Assembly: GCA_044360365.1 (NCBI GenBank)
Contig: JBIKKL010000001.1
Span: forward strand, 3,531 to 67,530
Source of the DNA: Burkholderiales bacterium
Lineage (GTDB): Bacteria > Pseudomonadota > Gammaproteobacteria > Burkholderiales > WYBJ01
Reading direction: 5' to 3'
DNA: 64,000 bases
This document shows positions 11,484-19,799 of this stretch, piece after piece (the first letter of the stretch is position 1; each line of letters begins with the position of its first letter). A model generated the notes under the pieces. It did not search any database. It was given only the letters and a program-made list of their open reading frames with translations, and was not told the origin of the DNA. Both the position numbers and the translations under genes were made by a program.

Positions 11484-12464
11484 ATGGTTGCATCACGTAC
11501 GTATTTCTGCGTGGGAATGGCGTTTGCCGGCGTGGCTACTTTCAACTCCAGCGCGTACGCGGCCGAAGGCAGCTTTCCGCAACGGCCCATTCGCTTCATC
11601 GTCGCGCAGGCGCCCGGCGGGAACGCGGATATCGTCGGTCGGGCCTACGCGCTGCGCATGGGCGAAGGCTTCGGTCAGCAGATGGTGATCGACAACCGCC
11701 CCGGCGCCTCCGGCATCATCGCCACCGAGATGACGGTACGGGCCGCCCCCGACGGCTACACGATACTGCTCGTGCCGAGTTCCTTCGGCGTCAATCCGGC
11801 CGTGCGCAAGCTTCCCTACGATCAACTGCGCGATCTCACGCTCGTCACGCAACTCGCCTCTGCGCCGAATCTTCTCGTCGTCAATCCGAACGTTCCGGTC
11901 AAGACCATCGCCGATCTCGCTGCGCTCGCAAAGGCGAAGCCGGGCCAATTGCGGTTCGGCTCCTCGGGCAACCTCGGATCGCCTCATCTTGCCGGCGAAC
12001 TCTTCAAGAGCGTCGCCAACGTGAACATGGTGCATATACCTTACAAGGCTGCGTCCGCCGCGTTGATCGACATCGTGGCCGGCAACATCGAACTGAGCTT
12101 TGCGAGCATGCCCTCCGCGCTGGGGCTCGTGAAAGCCGGTAAGCTGCGTCCGGTGGCCGTGACGAGCCTCAAGCGCTCGGTGGCGGTACCGGAACTGCCC
12201 ACCGTTGCCGAATCGGGCTACCCCGGGTTCGAAACCGCCGCATGGCAGGGCTTGGTCGCGCCGCCGAAGCTTCCGGACCCGATCCTGCGGCGAATTCACG
12301 CGGAAGTCGCAAAGGCTGCACGCAGCCCGGAACTGAAAAAGACGCTGCTCGCCGACGGCTCGGAGCCGATCGGCAACACGCCGGAAGAGTTCCGCACTTG
12401 GGCCACCGCCGAGATCGCCAAGTGGACGAAAGTCGTCAAGGCCATCGGCGTGAAAGTGGACTAG
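11484..12464 (+). CDS. Bug-family (TctC-like) substrate-binding protein
   Basis: A signal peptide is followed by FPQRPIRFIVAQAPGGNADIVGR and DNRPGASG. GGAGGA lies upstream of the ATG at 11484. Confidence 0.9.
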   Translation: MVASRTYFCVGMAFAGVATFNSSAYAAEGSFPQRPIRFIVAQAPGGNADIVGRAYALRMGEGFGQQMVIDNRPGASGIIATEMTVRAAPDGYTILLVPSSFGVNPAVRKLPYDQLRDLTLVTQLASAPNLLVVNPNVPVKTIADLAALAKAKPGQLRFGSSGNLGSPHLAGELFKSVANVNMVHIPYKAASAALIDIVAGNIELSFASMPSALGLVKAGKLRPVAVTSLKRSVAVPELPTVAESGYPGFETAAWQGLVAPPKLPDPILRRIHAEVAKAARSPELKKTLLADGSEPIGNTPEEFRTWATAEIAKWTKVVKAIGVKVD

Positions 12465-12518
12465 ACGTTCTTCACACACCCGCATACGAACCCACCATCG
12501 ACCCACTGGAGAATCCCG

Positions 12519-13415
12519 ATGAGCGAACGCATGACGACCCGTTTGAAGCACCTACTTGCCGGTGATCGCTGTATCGTGGCCCCAGGCGTGGCGGATGCTT
12601 TCGCGGCACGCATGGTCGCCATGGAGGGCTTCGAAGCCTGCTACATGACCGGGTTCGGCACGAGCCTGACCCGGCTCGGCATGCCGGACATCGGGCTCCT
12701 CACCATGAACGAAATGGTCGACAACGCACAGCGAATCGCCGATGCCTGCGGCATGCCGCTGGTGGCCGATGCAGATACGGGCTATGGCAACCCGATGAAC
12801 ACGCGGCGCACGATTCGGGAGTACGAAAGAGCGGGCGTCGCCGGCGTGCATATCGAGGATCAGGCGTGGCCGAAGCGCTGCGGCCACCTCGCCGGCAAGC
12901 GTGTGATTCCGACGGCCGAAATGGTGTCGAAGTTGAAGGCTGCCGTCGACTCCCGGCGCGATCCCGACTTCCTCGTCATGGCGCGTACGGACGCCATCGC
13001 AGTCGAAGGCTTCGAGGCCGCGCTGGATCGGGCGGACCACTATCGCGAAGCCGGTGCCGACGTGCTCTTCGTCGAAGCCCCAACCTCGATGGCGCAGCTG
13101 GAGGCAATTCATCGGCGCTTCAAGGGCGTGCCGCTGCTGTACAACATGGCAGCGAGCGGCAAGACGCCCGATCTCGACAATGCCACGATGGCAAAACTCG
13201 GTTTTCGCCTGTCGATCTTCCCGAACTGGCTGCTGCTCGCGGCGATTCCGGCCATGCGTCGGATGCTGCACGAACTCAAGACGAAGGGCAGCGTCGCGGA
13301 CATCCGCAAGGACGTCGCGACGTTCAAGGAATTCACCGATATCGCGGGGCTGCCGGAAGTGCAGGCGCTCGAGAATCGCTACGGCCTGCCGGAAGATCAG
13401 CGCGCCGGGCTCTGA
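12519..13415 (+). CDS. Isocitrate lyase/PEP mutase family protein (methylisocitrate-lyase-like)
   Basis: DADTGYGN, GVHIEDQAWPKRCGHLAGK (the K-[KR]-C-G-H catalytic loop), and ARTDA. Confidence 0.87.
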   Translation: MSERMTTRLKHLLAGDRCIVAPGVADAFAARMVAMEGFEACYMTGFGTSLTRLGMPDIGLLTMNEMVDNAQRIADACGMPLVADADTGYGNPMNTRRTIREYERAGVAGVHIEDQAWPKRCGHLAGKRVIPTAEMVSKLKAAVDSRRDPDFLVMARTDAIAVEGFEAALDRADHYREAGADVLFVEAPTSMAQLEAIHRRFKGVPLLYNMAASGKTPDLDNATMAKLGFRLSIFPNWLLLAAIPAMRRMLHELKTKGSVADIRKDVATFKEFTDIAGLPEVQALENRYGLPEDQRAGL

Positions 13416-13584
13416 TCGTCAGCCACATCGCTCTCGGATCCGAACCTGCATCGGTCCGCAGCGCAGAGCGCACCGTCCGGCCGCAACGCAACATTACCTC
13501 GTGGACTGCACGACCCTCGGCATCGATGATTGCGCCCCGATGCCTCGTGCAACACGGCTCGCGACGGGCCTTTTGCTGGAAATC

Positions 13585-13607
13585 TGTCGGGCTGGTTTAC
13601 AGGCCCA
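13585..13607 (+). promoter_or_regulatory. Repeat box 1: TGTCGGGCTGGTTTACAGGCCCA (TGT-N11-ACA dyad)
   Basis: It shares about 19 of 24 positions with the box at 13897-13918. It ends 101 nt upstream of the mini-ORF ATG at 13708. Confidence 0.35.
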
Positions 13608-13668
13608 CCTGCCCCGAACTCGCAACCCGGTGAATTCATTGCACGCTTCAGGTTGGCATACGCGTTGC

Positions 13669-13687
13669 TGGATACGGGATCCGTATC
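13669..13687. promoter_or_regulatory. Perfect 8-bp stem / 3-nt loop inverted repeat (GGATACGG-GAT-CCGTATCC)
   Basis: Seen directly. It ends 11 nt before the AGGAG SD of the 25-codon ORF, so it could be an operator or a translational hairpin. Confidence 0.35.
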
Positions 13688-13707
13688 CTCGAACGACAGG
13701 AGCCGTC

Positions 13708-13785
13708 ATGAAAGCCCGCGATGCGTTCTACTTCGCTGCACTTGCAGCATTGCTCATCACGACCATGCTGCCGGGCATTCAATGA
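13708..13785 (+). CDS. Hypothetical 25-aa hydrophobic peptide (MKARDAFYFAALAALLITTMLPGIQ)
   Basis: AGGAG SD 5 nt upstream of the ATG. The stop overlaps (ATGA) a second 55-codon ORF at 13782..13949. I recognise no homology. Confidence 0.25.
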   Translation: MKARDAFYFAALAALLITTMLPGIQ

Positions 13786-13896
13786 CAGATCGATCCGGGG
13801 CTCACGGGCCGGGCGGCGATCCTCCCTGCGGCGAGCCAGCCGACGCACCGGAGTTGAGGGACGACTTCCACCTGGCCCCCGAACGCCCGTACCAGT

Positions 13897-13918
13897 TGTC
13901 GAATCGGTTTACAGCCCA
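13897..13918 (+). promoter_or_regulatory. Repeat box 2: TGTCGAATCGGTTTACAGCCCA (TGT-N11-ACA dyad)
   Basis: A copy of box 1. It ends 100 nt upstream of the ATG at 14018 and abuts the AT-rich patch. Confidence 0.35.
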
Positions 13919-14017
13919 TTCCGCACGAAAAATTAAGCAATTGAATTAGAACAATAATAATTTTTCTGGTATGTGCATTGCTACACATTATTGGCCGCCG
14001 ACTTACCGAGCTTCAGC

Positions 14018-14221
14018 ATGGTCAACTTCTTGCGCGATGTCATGATCGTGGTTGCAGTCCTCGCAACCTTCATTGCCCTGGCTTTCTCTCCCACGCAGGA
14101 GACCGGGACAATCGCCGTAAAGCACGACATCCCGGTAGGTGTTACCCCCGTGCCGGTCGGCATCACGAATGTAAGCGTGGAGGCGGCGGCACCCAAGTTC
14201 GATCAGCACCGTCAGCAGTAG
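14018..14221 (+). CDS. Hypothetical 67-aa protein with one N-terminal TM helix
   Basis: MVNFLRDVMIVVAVLATFIALAF is followed by a Pro/Val-rich tail. The SD is weak and third-position GC is lower than in neighbouring genes. Confidence 0.25.
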   Translation: MVNFLRDVMIVVAVLATFIALAFSPTQETGTIAVKHDIPVGVTPVPVGITNVSVEAAAPKFDQHRQQ

Positions 14222-14255
14222 CATCCGCCACCCATCGACGCGCCCCGAAAACGCG

Positions 14256-15125
14256 TCAATCCCCGAACTGCAAGTATTTCGCTTCCCGTTGCCGCCACGC
14301 TGCGGTGTTTACCGCCACCTCGCGGTCGGTGAAGGTCGCCAATCGATCTTCGATGGCCGCCGTATCGCCGTCGCGCATCATCACGGAGAGCACGTCCTGG
14401 GCTGCCCGAATCGCCGCACGATGGGTCTGCGACGGATAGATGCCGAGCTTGAAACCCATCGCTTCGAGTTGCTTCTTCGGCAGCGCAGGGGTCTTGCCGC
14501 CCTCGAAGATATTGGCCAGGGCAGGCCCCTTCAGTTGCGGCGGAACGGCCGCCAGCTCCTCGATGCTTTGCGGCGCCTCGACGAACCCGACATCCGCCCC
14601 CGCTTCCAGATACGCGTTGACCCGGTCGATCGTGGCCTGCAACCCTTCGATGGCACGCGCATCACTGCGCGCGATGATCACCATGTCGGCATCACGGCGC
14701 GTGTCGACGGCAGCCTTGATCTTGCCGACCATCTCCTCGACGCTGACGACCGCCTTGCCTTCATAGTGCCCGCACTTCTTCGGCGCGACCTGATCTTCGA
14801 TGTGGAAACCCGCCACGCCCGCCCGCTCGTACTCGCGCACGGAACGAATCGTGTTGATCGCATTGCCGTAGCCGGTGTCGATGTCGGCGATCACGGGAAT
14901 GTCGACGGCATCGACGATGCGGCACAGCGTCTGCACGTTCTCGGTCAGCGTAAGCAGCCCCATGTCGGGATACCCTTGCGAGCGTGAGATGCCCCCGCCG
15001 GTAATGTAGACGGCTTCGAACCCCGCCACCTGCACGAGGCGAGCGATCAGAGGATCGTAGGCGCCGGGAACGATCGTGTAGCCGGGACGCGCGATCAGTT
15101 CGCGCAGCTTCTTTCTCGTACTCAT
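14256..15125 (-). CDS. Isocitrate lyase/PEP mutase family protein (second paralog)
   Basis: DIDTGYGN, GFHIEDQVAPKKCGHYEGK, and ARSDA. By eye it is roughly 40-45% identical to the 12519..13415 product. The start is at MSTRKK. Confidence 0.87.
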   Translation of the reverse strand: MSTRKKLRELIARPGYTIVPGAYDPLIARLVQVAGFEAVYITGGGISRSQGYPDMGLLTLTENVQTLCRIVDAVDIPVIADIDTGYGNAINTIRSVREYERAGVAGFHIEDQVAPKKCGHYEGKAVVSVEEMVGKIKAAVDTRRDADMVIIARSDARAIEGLQATIDRVNAYLEAGADVGFVEAPQSIEELAAVPPQLKGPALANIFEGGKTPALPKKQLEAMGFKLGIYPSQTHRAAIRAAQDVLSVMMRDGDTAAIEDRLATFTDREVAVNTAAWRQREAKYLQFGD

Positions 15126-15273
15126 GGTTCGATACTCCTCACTGTCATGAATGGCTTGGACCCATTGAACACTCACCGCGGATCGGACCCGGCCCTGCCT
15201 TCATGTGCACGGGTGTCTCCGAACGGAACCTGCGTTTCCTCGATTGCTGCTCGGCGCGGCTCGCTGACCTCGT

Positions 15274-16677
15274 TCACTTCGACGGCGCCGCCGCCATGAT
15301 CGCAATCAGCTCGCCGATGTCGTGGAGGTCGTCGATGCCGCGCACCAGTTCGATCACCCGTTGAATCCGAGCGGGATCGAGGCACGACTTGACGACCTGC
15401 CGGAACTTGTCGTCGATGTCCGCGGGCGCGAGCGGGTTCTCGGCGCTGCCGCGGCGGTTGAGAATCTCCGTCTTGAAGGATCGTCCGTCGTGTGTCGTCA
15501 CGTTCACGCGGGCGCCGTGGCGAAACGCGGCACCCATCGCCTCGATCTGCGGATCGACGTGGGCGCGTACGCGCGGAACGAGCGCCAGCACTTCGGGATC
15601 GCGCAGACGCTCCTCGCGGTACTGATCCACGAAGGCTGTTCCATCGAGCGCGATCATCGCCATGCCGTAGTAGAGATTCATCTGCGCCGCCGTCACGCCT
15701 TGCGCCTTGTACTCCCAGGCGCAGTGGACGTAGGTCGCCTGGCTGAGGCCCGCGTCGATGCTTGCGATGTCCTTCGCTCGCAGGCCGTGGTCGCGCATGA
15801 TCTGCGCCAGGCCGTCGAGCGCCGTGTGTATGCTCGTGACCGCCGCATAGGGCTTGTAGCCGACGTTTCGTGTTTCCCAGACGCTGCCCAGACCCGCCGT
15901 GAGCTTTTCCGGAAGCGGTTGATCGGAATGCGTGACGAGATAGCCGCCGTACGCGGCTTCGAGCACGTCTTCGATGCCGGTGAAGCCGCGCTCGGCGAGC
16001 AGGACGGAGTACACGCCGCTTTGCGCGGCGCGCCCGGAGTGAAAGCGCTTCACCATCGCGCCTTCCTGTGCGGCCATCAAACCGCATGCCTGCGAACCGA
16101 CGATGCCGAACGCATGCAAGGTCCGGTGAGCGTCGAGCCCGCGCATGCGAGCGGCTGCTGCAGCCGCCGTAAAGGCCCCCGAGGTACCCTGAGGATGAAA
16201 CCCCTTCAGCAGGAGCCGCACCGTTGCAGCGTTGCCGACCCGCGCGCCGACTTCGTAGCCGCCCACCATGGCCGTCAGCAGATCTCGCCCGCTCGCCGCG
16301 CCCCTGGCTTCGGCCATCGCCAGGGCCGCCGGAAGCGCAAGCGAGCCCGGATGAATGATCGACTCCTTGTGGATATCGTCCAGTTCGAAGGCGTGCCCCG
16401 CAGTCGAATTCACCAGGGCTGCATTGGCGATGGAGGTCTTCTTGCCACTACCGTAGATGGACGCCTGCGGCGCACAACCCTCCGCTTCGACCAGCGCCTG
16501 CACGTGCTGCGTCCAGGGCAGCGTGACCCCGTGCAGACAAACCCCGATGCTGTCCAGCAGAGACAGCTTCATGCGCTCCACCACGTCGGCCGGAATGTCG
16601 CTGAATTGCAGCTCGGCACTGAAGCGGGCAAGGTCTCGCGTGGCATTCGCGAGTAAGGGTGCTTGGGATGCGGTCAT
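15274..16677 (-). CDS. MmgE/PrpD family protein (2-methylcitrate-dehydratase-like)
   Basis: The N-terminus LARFSAELQFSDIPADVVERMKLSLLDSIGV and the 467-aa length are typical of the PrpD family. The start is at MTASQ. Confidence 0.9.
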   Translation of the reverse strand: MTASQAPLLANATRDLARFSAELQFSDIPADVVERMKLSLLDSIGVCLHGVTLPWTQHVQALVEAEGCAPQASIYGSGKKTSIANAALVNSTAGHAFELDDIHKESIIHPGSLALPAALAMAEARGAASGRDLLTAMVGGYEVGARVGNAATVRLLLKGFHPQGTSGAFTAAAAAARMRGLDAHRTLHAFGIVGSQACGLMAAQEGAMVKRFHSGRAAQSGVYSVLLAERGFTGIEDVLEAAYGGYLVTHSDQPLPEKLTAGLGSVWETRNVGYKPYAAVTSIHTALDGLAQIMRDHGLRAKDIASIDAGLSQATYVHCAWEYKAQGVTAAQMNLYYGMAMIALDGTAFVDQYREERLRDPEVLALVPRVRAHVDPQIEAMGAAFRHGARVNVTTHDGRSFKTEILNRRGSAENPLAPADIDDKFRQVVKSCLDPARIQRVIELVRGIDDLHDIGELIAIMAAAPSK

Positions 16678-16761
16678 GATCGATCCTATTCGGCGGTACG
16701 ACCCCGCGACGGGCATCCAACGCGATGCGATGCGTGCGCGGTGATCGGCGGCTTGGGTGTC

Positions 16762-17559
16762 TCAGGCGCGTGGCGCCTCGTCCAATCGAACCACGATGCC
16801 CTCCAGCTCCTTGCTGGGTGCAGCGTACCGCTGCATCACGAGCGGATCGTGGCCCGGCACGATGTGCTGGAGCGAGTCGGACAGGCGGCGCAGCGTCTCG
16901 TACCCCTTCATCACGTCGCTCAAATTCAGCGTCGTGGGAAACACCCGATAGTTCTCGAAGTGTTCGTAGTAATGGCTCGTATCGGATGCGAGCACGACCC
17001 AACCGCGCTTCGTCCATACGCGCATGCACTGCACGCCTGCCGTGTGGCCGCCGATCTTGTGCAGCGAAATGCCCGGGGCGATGGTCGACTCGCCGTCGAC
17101 GAAGTTCACGCGACCGTCGAACACCAGCCGTACCATGCCGCACACCTCATCGGGCTCGTAGCTGTGACCGAACTGGCGATAGGCCATGTGGCGGCCCGTG
17201 GCATACGCCATCTCAGCTTCCTGCAGATGAAAGCGGGCGTTCGGAAACGCATCGAACGTACCGACATGGTCGTAGTGCATGTGCGAAAGGACGATTTCGC
17301 TCACGTCCTTCGCCGCGAGCCCCATCATCGACAACCCCTCGGAAGGCGCACGCAGGTATGTGCGGGCACGCTTCTTCGCCATGGATTCGGTAAACCCGGT
17401 GTCGACCACGATGCTGCGTTCTGCGTTGCGCACCAGCCACACGAAGTAATCCATGTTCATGGGCGCGTCGTGCGGATCGCCGCCCACGAAGTTCGCGGGG
17501 CGATTGACGTTGCGCGTCGCGTACTTGATGGCGTAGATCTCGTAGGGTGTGATGTTCAT
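16762..17559 (-). CDS. MBL-fold metallo-hydrolase (N-acyl-homoserine-lactonase-like)
   Basis: LSHMHYDHVG (HxHxDH), GGHTAG, and PGHD. GGAGGA lies upstream of the ATG at 17559. Confidence 0.82.
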   Translation of the reverse strand: MNITPYEIYAIKYATRNVNRPANFVGGDPHDAPMNMDYFVWLVRNAERSIVVDTGFTESMAKKRARTYLRAPSEGLSMMGLAAKDVSEIVLSHMHYDHVGTFDAFPNARFHLQEAEMAYATGRHMAYRQFGHSYEPDEVCGMVRLVFDGRVNFVDGESTIAPGISLHKIGGHTAGVQCMRVWTKRGWVVLASDTSHYYEHFENYRVFPTTLNLSDVMKGYETLRRLSDSLQHIVPGHDPLVMQRYAAPSKELEGIVVRLDEAPRA

Positions 17560-17585
17560 GCAGCTCTCCTCCGTGTTTCCGAGTT

Positions 17586-19583
17586 TCAATCCGATGGCAG
17601 GCGCAGCGTATCGACCGACATGGCAACCATCGCACCGTCTCGAATGGCCGTGAGGAAGTCGCCGGGGCGATAGCAATCGCCCGCCAGTTCGTACGGCACC
17701 CCGACCGCTTCGAGCAGTTCGACGACATCGCGCACCGGCCTCGGTCCGATCGCGATCATCAGCACGTCACCCATCTCGATGCTGCGCCGGACATCCGTCT
17801 TGCCGACCCGCAGGTTCATGACCCGACCCTCGAATCCGTCGATCTTCGCTTCGGTCAGCACTTCGCCGCCCTGGGCACCGACCCGTTCGATCAGCTCGAA
17901 GCGGTTGTTGCGAGCCATACCTTGCGCCACGGCCGTCAGCGTTTCGACGACGCACACCCGCGCCTTGCGTGCAAGCAGCAGGTCGGCTGCCTCCATCCCC
18001 ACCATACCACCACCGACGATCGTGACCCGCGCCCCCGCGGCGATCGACTCGGGCTGCGCAAAGTAATCCCACGCGTGCACGACACGCACGTTCGACGCGA
18101 GCTGCGAGAGGTCGAAAGGTGCCGGTCGCGGCACCGCGCCGGTCGCGACGATCGCGAAGTCCGGGGCGAACGCCCGCACAGTGGCCTCGGTGGCATTTAC
18201 GCCCGTGCGCACCGACACACCGAACGCCTGCAGCTGCTGCCAGCGGTACGACCAGATGGGTTCGACCTCACGCTTGTCGGGCGCCGCCATCGCGAGTTTC
18301 ATCTGTCCGCCCGGCTCGGATCGCTTTTCCCAGACTTCCACGTCATGACCGCGCGCGGCGAGGACACGCGCAGCTTCGATCCCGGCAACGCCGGCACCGA
18401 AGACGAGCACGCGACGGCGCTTGTCTGCCTGCACACGCCGCTCGGGGAAGAGTTGCGGCTCGGCGAACTCCAACGCTTCGAACTCGGTGCCGATCACGGG
18501 ATTGTGCACGCAGGCGACATCCTTCTCGATCGTCAACCGCTCGAAGCAGACGTTGCAAGCGATGCAGCCGCGGATCGGCGCCTGGACGGCTCCGAACGCC
18601 TTCGCGCACCAGTGAGGATCGGCATAGAGCGCTCGTCCGAGCGAAATGAAGTCCGCCGAACCGCTCGCCAACACGGCTTCGCCATCTTCGGGATCGACGA
18701 TGCGGCCGGCAACGAAGCATGGAATCGACACGGCCTGCTTGATCGGCTTCGCATAGGGCGCCAGCATGCCGCGCGGGAACGAAGGCGGCTGGATGCAGTA
18801 TTTCGAAAGCTGCGGACTCTCGTTGCTGCCGCCGGAGAGATCGAGCGCATCCACCCCGGCGCGTTCCAACGCCTTGGCAAGCTCGATGATGTCTGCATCG
18901 CTGTAGCCGTCCGGCACGTACTCCGTGCAGGACAGGCGCACGATGAGTACTGTACCGGGCAGTGCATTGCGCACGCGATCCACGGTCTCGAGCAGGATCC
19001 GCATCCGATTCTCGAGGCTGCCGCCGTATTGATCCGTGCGCTTGTTGATGCGTGGCGTGAAGAATTGTTGAAAGAGATAACCGTTGCCGGCATGGATCTC
19101 GATGCCGTCGTAGCCCGCCTGCACCAATCTGCGCGCCGAGGCGACGAACTGCTTCTGGATCTCGACGATCTCGCCGACTTCGAGCGGACGCACCGCGTCG
19201 CCCGTATTCGGGTTGTGCCAGGGCGACGGACCCACCGGCTCCATGTTGAGCACGAAGCGGCGCAGGAGCGCCCCGCGATGGTTCAGTTGGGCGAACACGC
19301 GGCAATCGTGGACGTGGATCGCCTCGACGAGACTCGCGAGCCCGGGGATGAATCGGTCGTGGTACACGCACAAAGAGTTGTGATGCGGTCGCGCATGCTC
19401 GGTCACGACCATCGCCTCGGTCATGATGGCGGCGACCCCGCCCTTGGCCCGCTCTGCGTAGTAGAGCTTGTCGCGCTCGGTCGAAAGGCCGTCGGTGGTG
19501 CTGTAGTTGGTGCCCATCGGCGCCATGATGACGCGGTTCTTGAGCGCGAGCTTGCCGATGCGGCCGGGCTGGGCGAGGAGCAT
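17586..19583 (-). CDS. OYE-type NADH:flavin oxidoreductase fused to an FAD/NAD(P)-binding domain (2,4-dienoyl-CoA-reductase-like)
   Basis: LKNRVIMAPMGTNY is an OYE N-terminus. The Cys cluster CIACNVCFERL...C follows, then Rossmann motifs VLVFGAGVAGIEAA and VTIVGGGMVGME. Confidence 0.9.
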   Translation of the reverse strand: MLLAQPGRIGKLALKNRVIMAPMGTNYSTTDGLSTERDKLYYAERAKGGVAAIMTEAMVVTEHARPHHNSLCVYHDRFIPGLASLVEAIHVHDCRVFAQLNHRGALLRRFVLNMEPVGPSPWHNPNTGDAVRPLEVGEIVEIQKQFVASARRLVQAGYDGIEIHAGNGYLFQQFFTPRINKRTDQYGGSLENRMRILLETVDRVRNALPGTVLIVRLSCTEYVPDGYSDADIIELAKALERAGVDALDLSGGSNESPQLSKYCIQPPSFPRGMLAPYAKPIKQAVSIPCFVAGRIVDPEDGEAVLASGSADFISLGRALYADPHWCAKAFGAVQAPIRGCIACNVCFERLTIEKDVACVHNPVIGTEFEALEFAEPQLFPERRVQADKRRRVLVFGAGVAGIEAARVLAARGHDVEVWEKRSEPGGQMKLAMAAPDKREVEPIWSYRWQQLQAFGVSVRTGVNATEATVRAFAPDFAIVATGAVPRPAPFDLSQLASNVRVVHAWDYFAQPESIAAGARVTIVGGGMVGMEAADLLLARKARVCVVETLTAVAQGMARNNRFELIERVGAQGGEVLTEAKIDGFEGRVMNLRVGKTDVRRSIEMGDVLMIAIGPRPVRDVVELLEAVGVPYELAGDCYRPGDFLTAIRDGAMVAMSVDTLRLPSD

Positions 19584-19649
19584 AGGGTTACAGTAGGGTG
19601 GGCTTGTGAGATGTTAATGGAGAAACGCTGTTTTGACAGACGCTCCAAT

Positions 19650-19799
19650 GGGGAAAAGGGAAAGGGGAAGAGGGGAACGCAAAACCAGCGACGATAACGG
19701 GCTCCGATTGCATGCTCAAGATATCGTCCATACGGGACCGAGAACGCAGGCGACGCAACCGCGTCACCTACCCTTCCCCCTTCCCCTTTCCCTCTTCCC
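19650..19799. repeat. Imperfect inverted repeat of a 28-29-nt polypurine/polypyrimidine tract (arms 19650-19677 and 19771-19799)
   Basis: Arm 1 is GGGGAAAAGGGAAAGGGGAAGAGGGGAA. The reverse complement of arm 2 is GGGAAGAGGGAAAGGGGAAGGGGGAAGGG, with a shared core GGGAAAGGGGAAG. Arm 2 encodes the RecQ C-terminal tail EEGKGKGEG. Confidence 0.7.
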
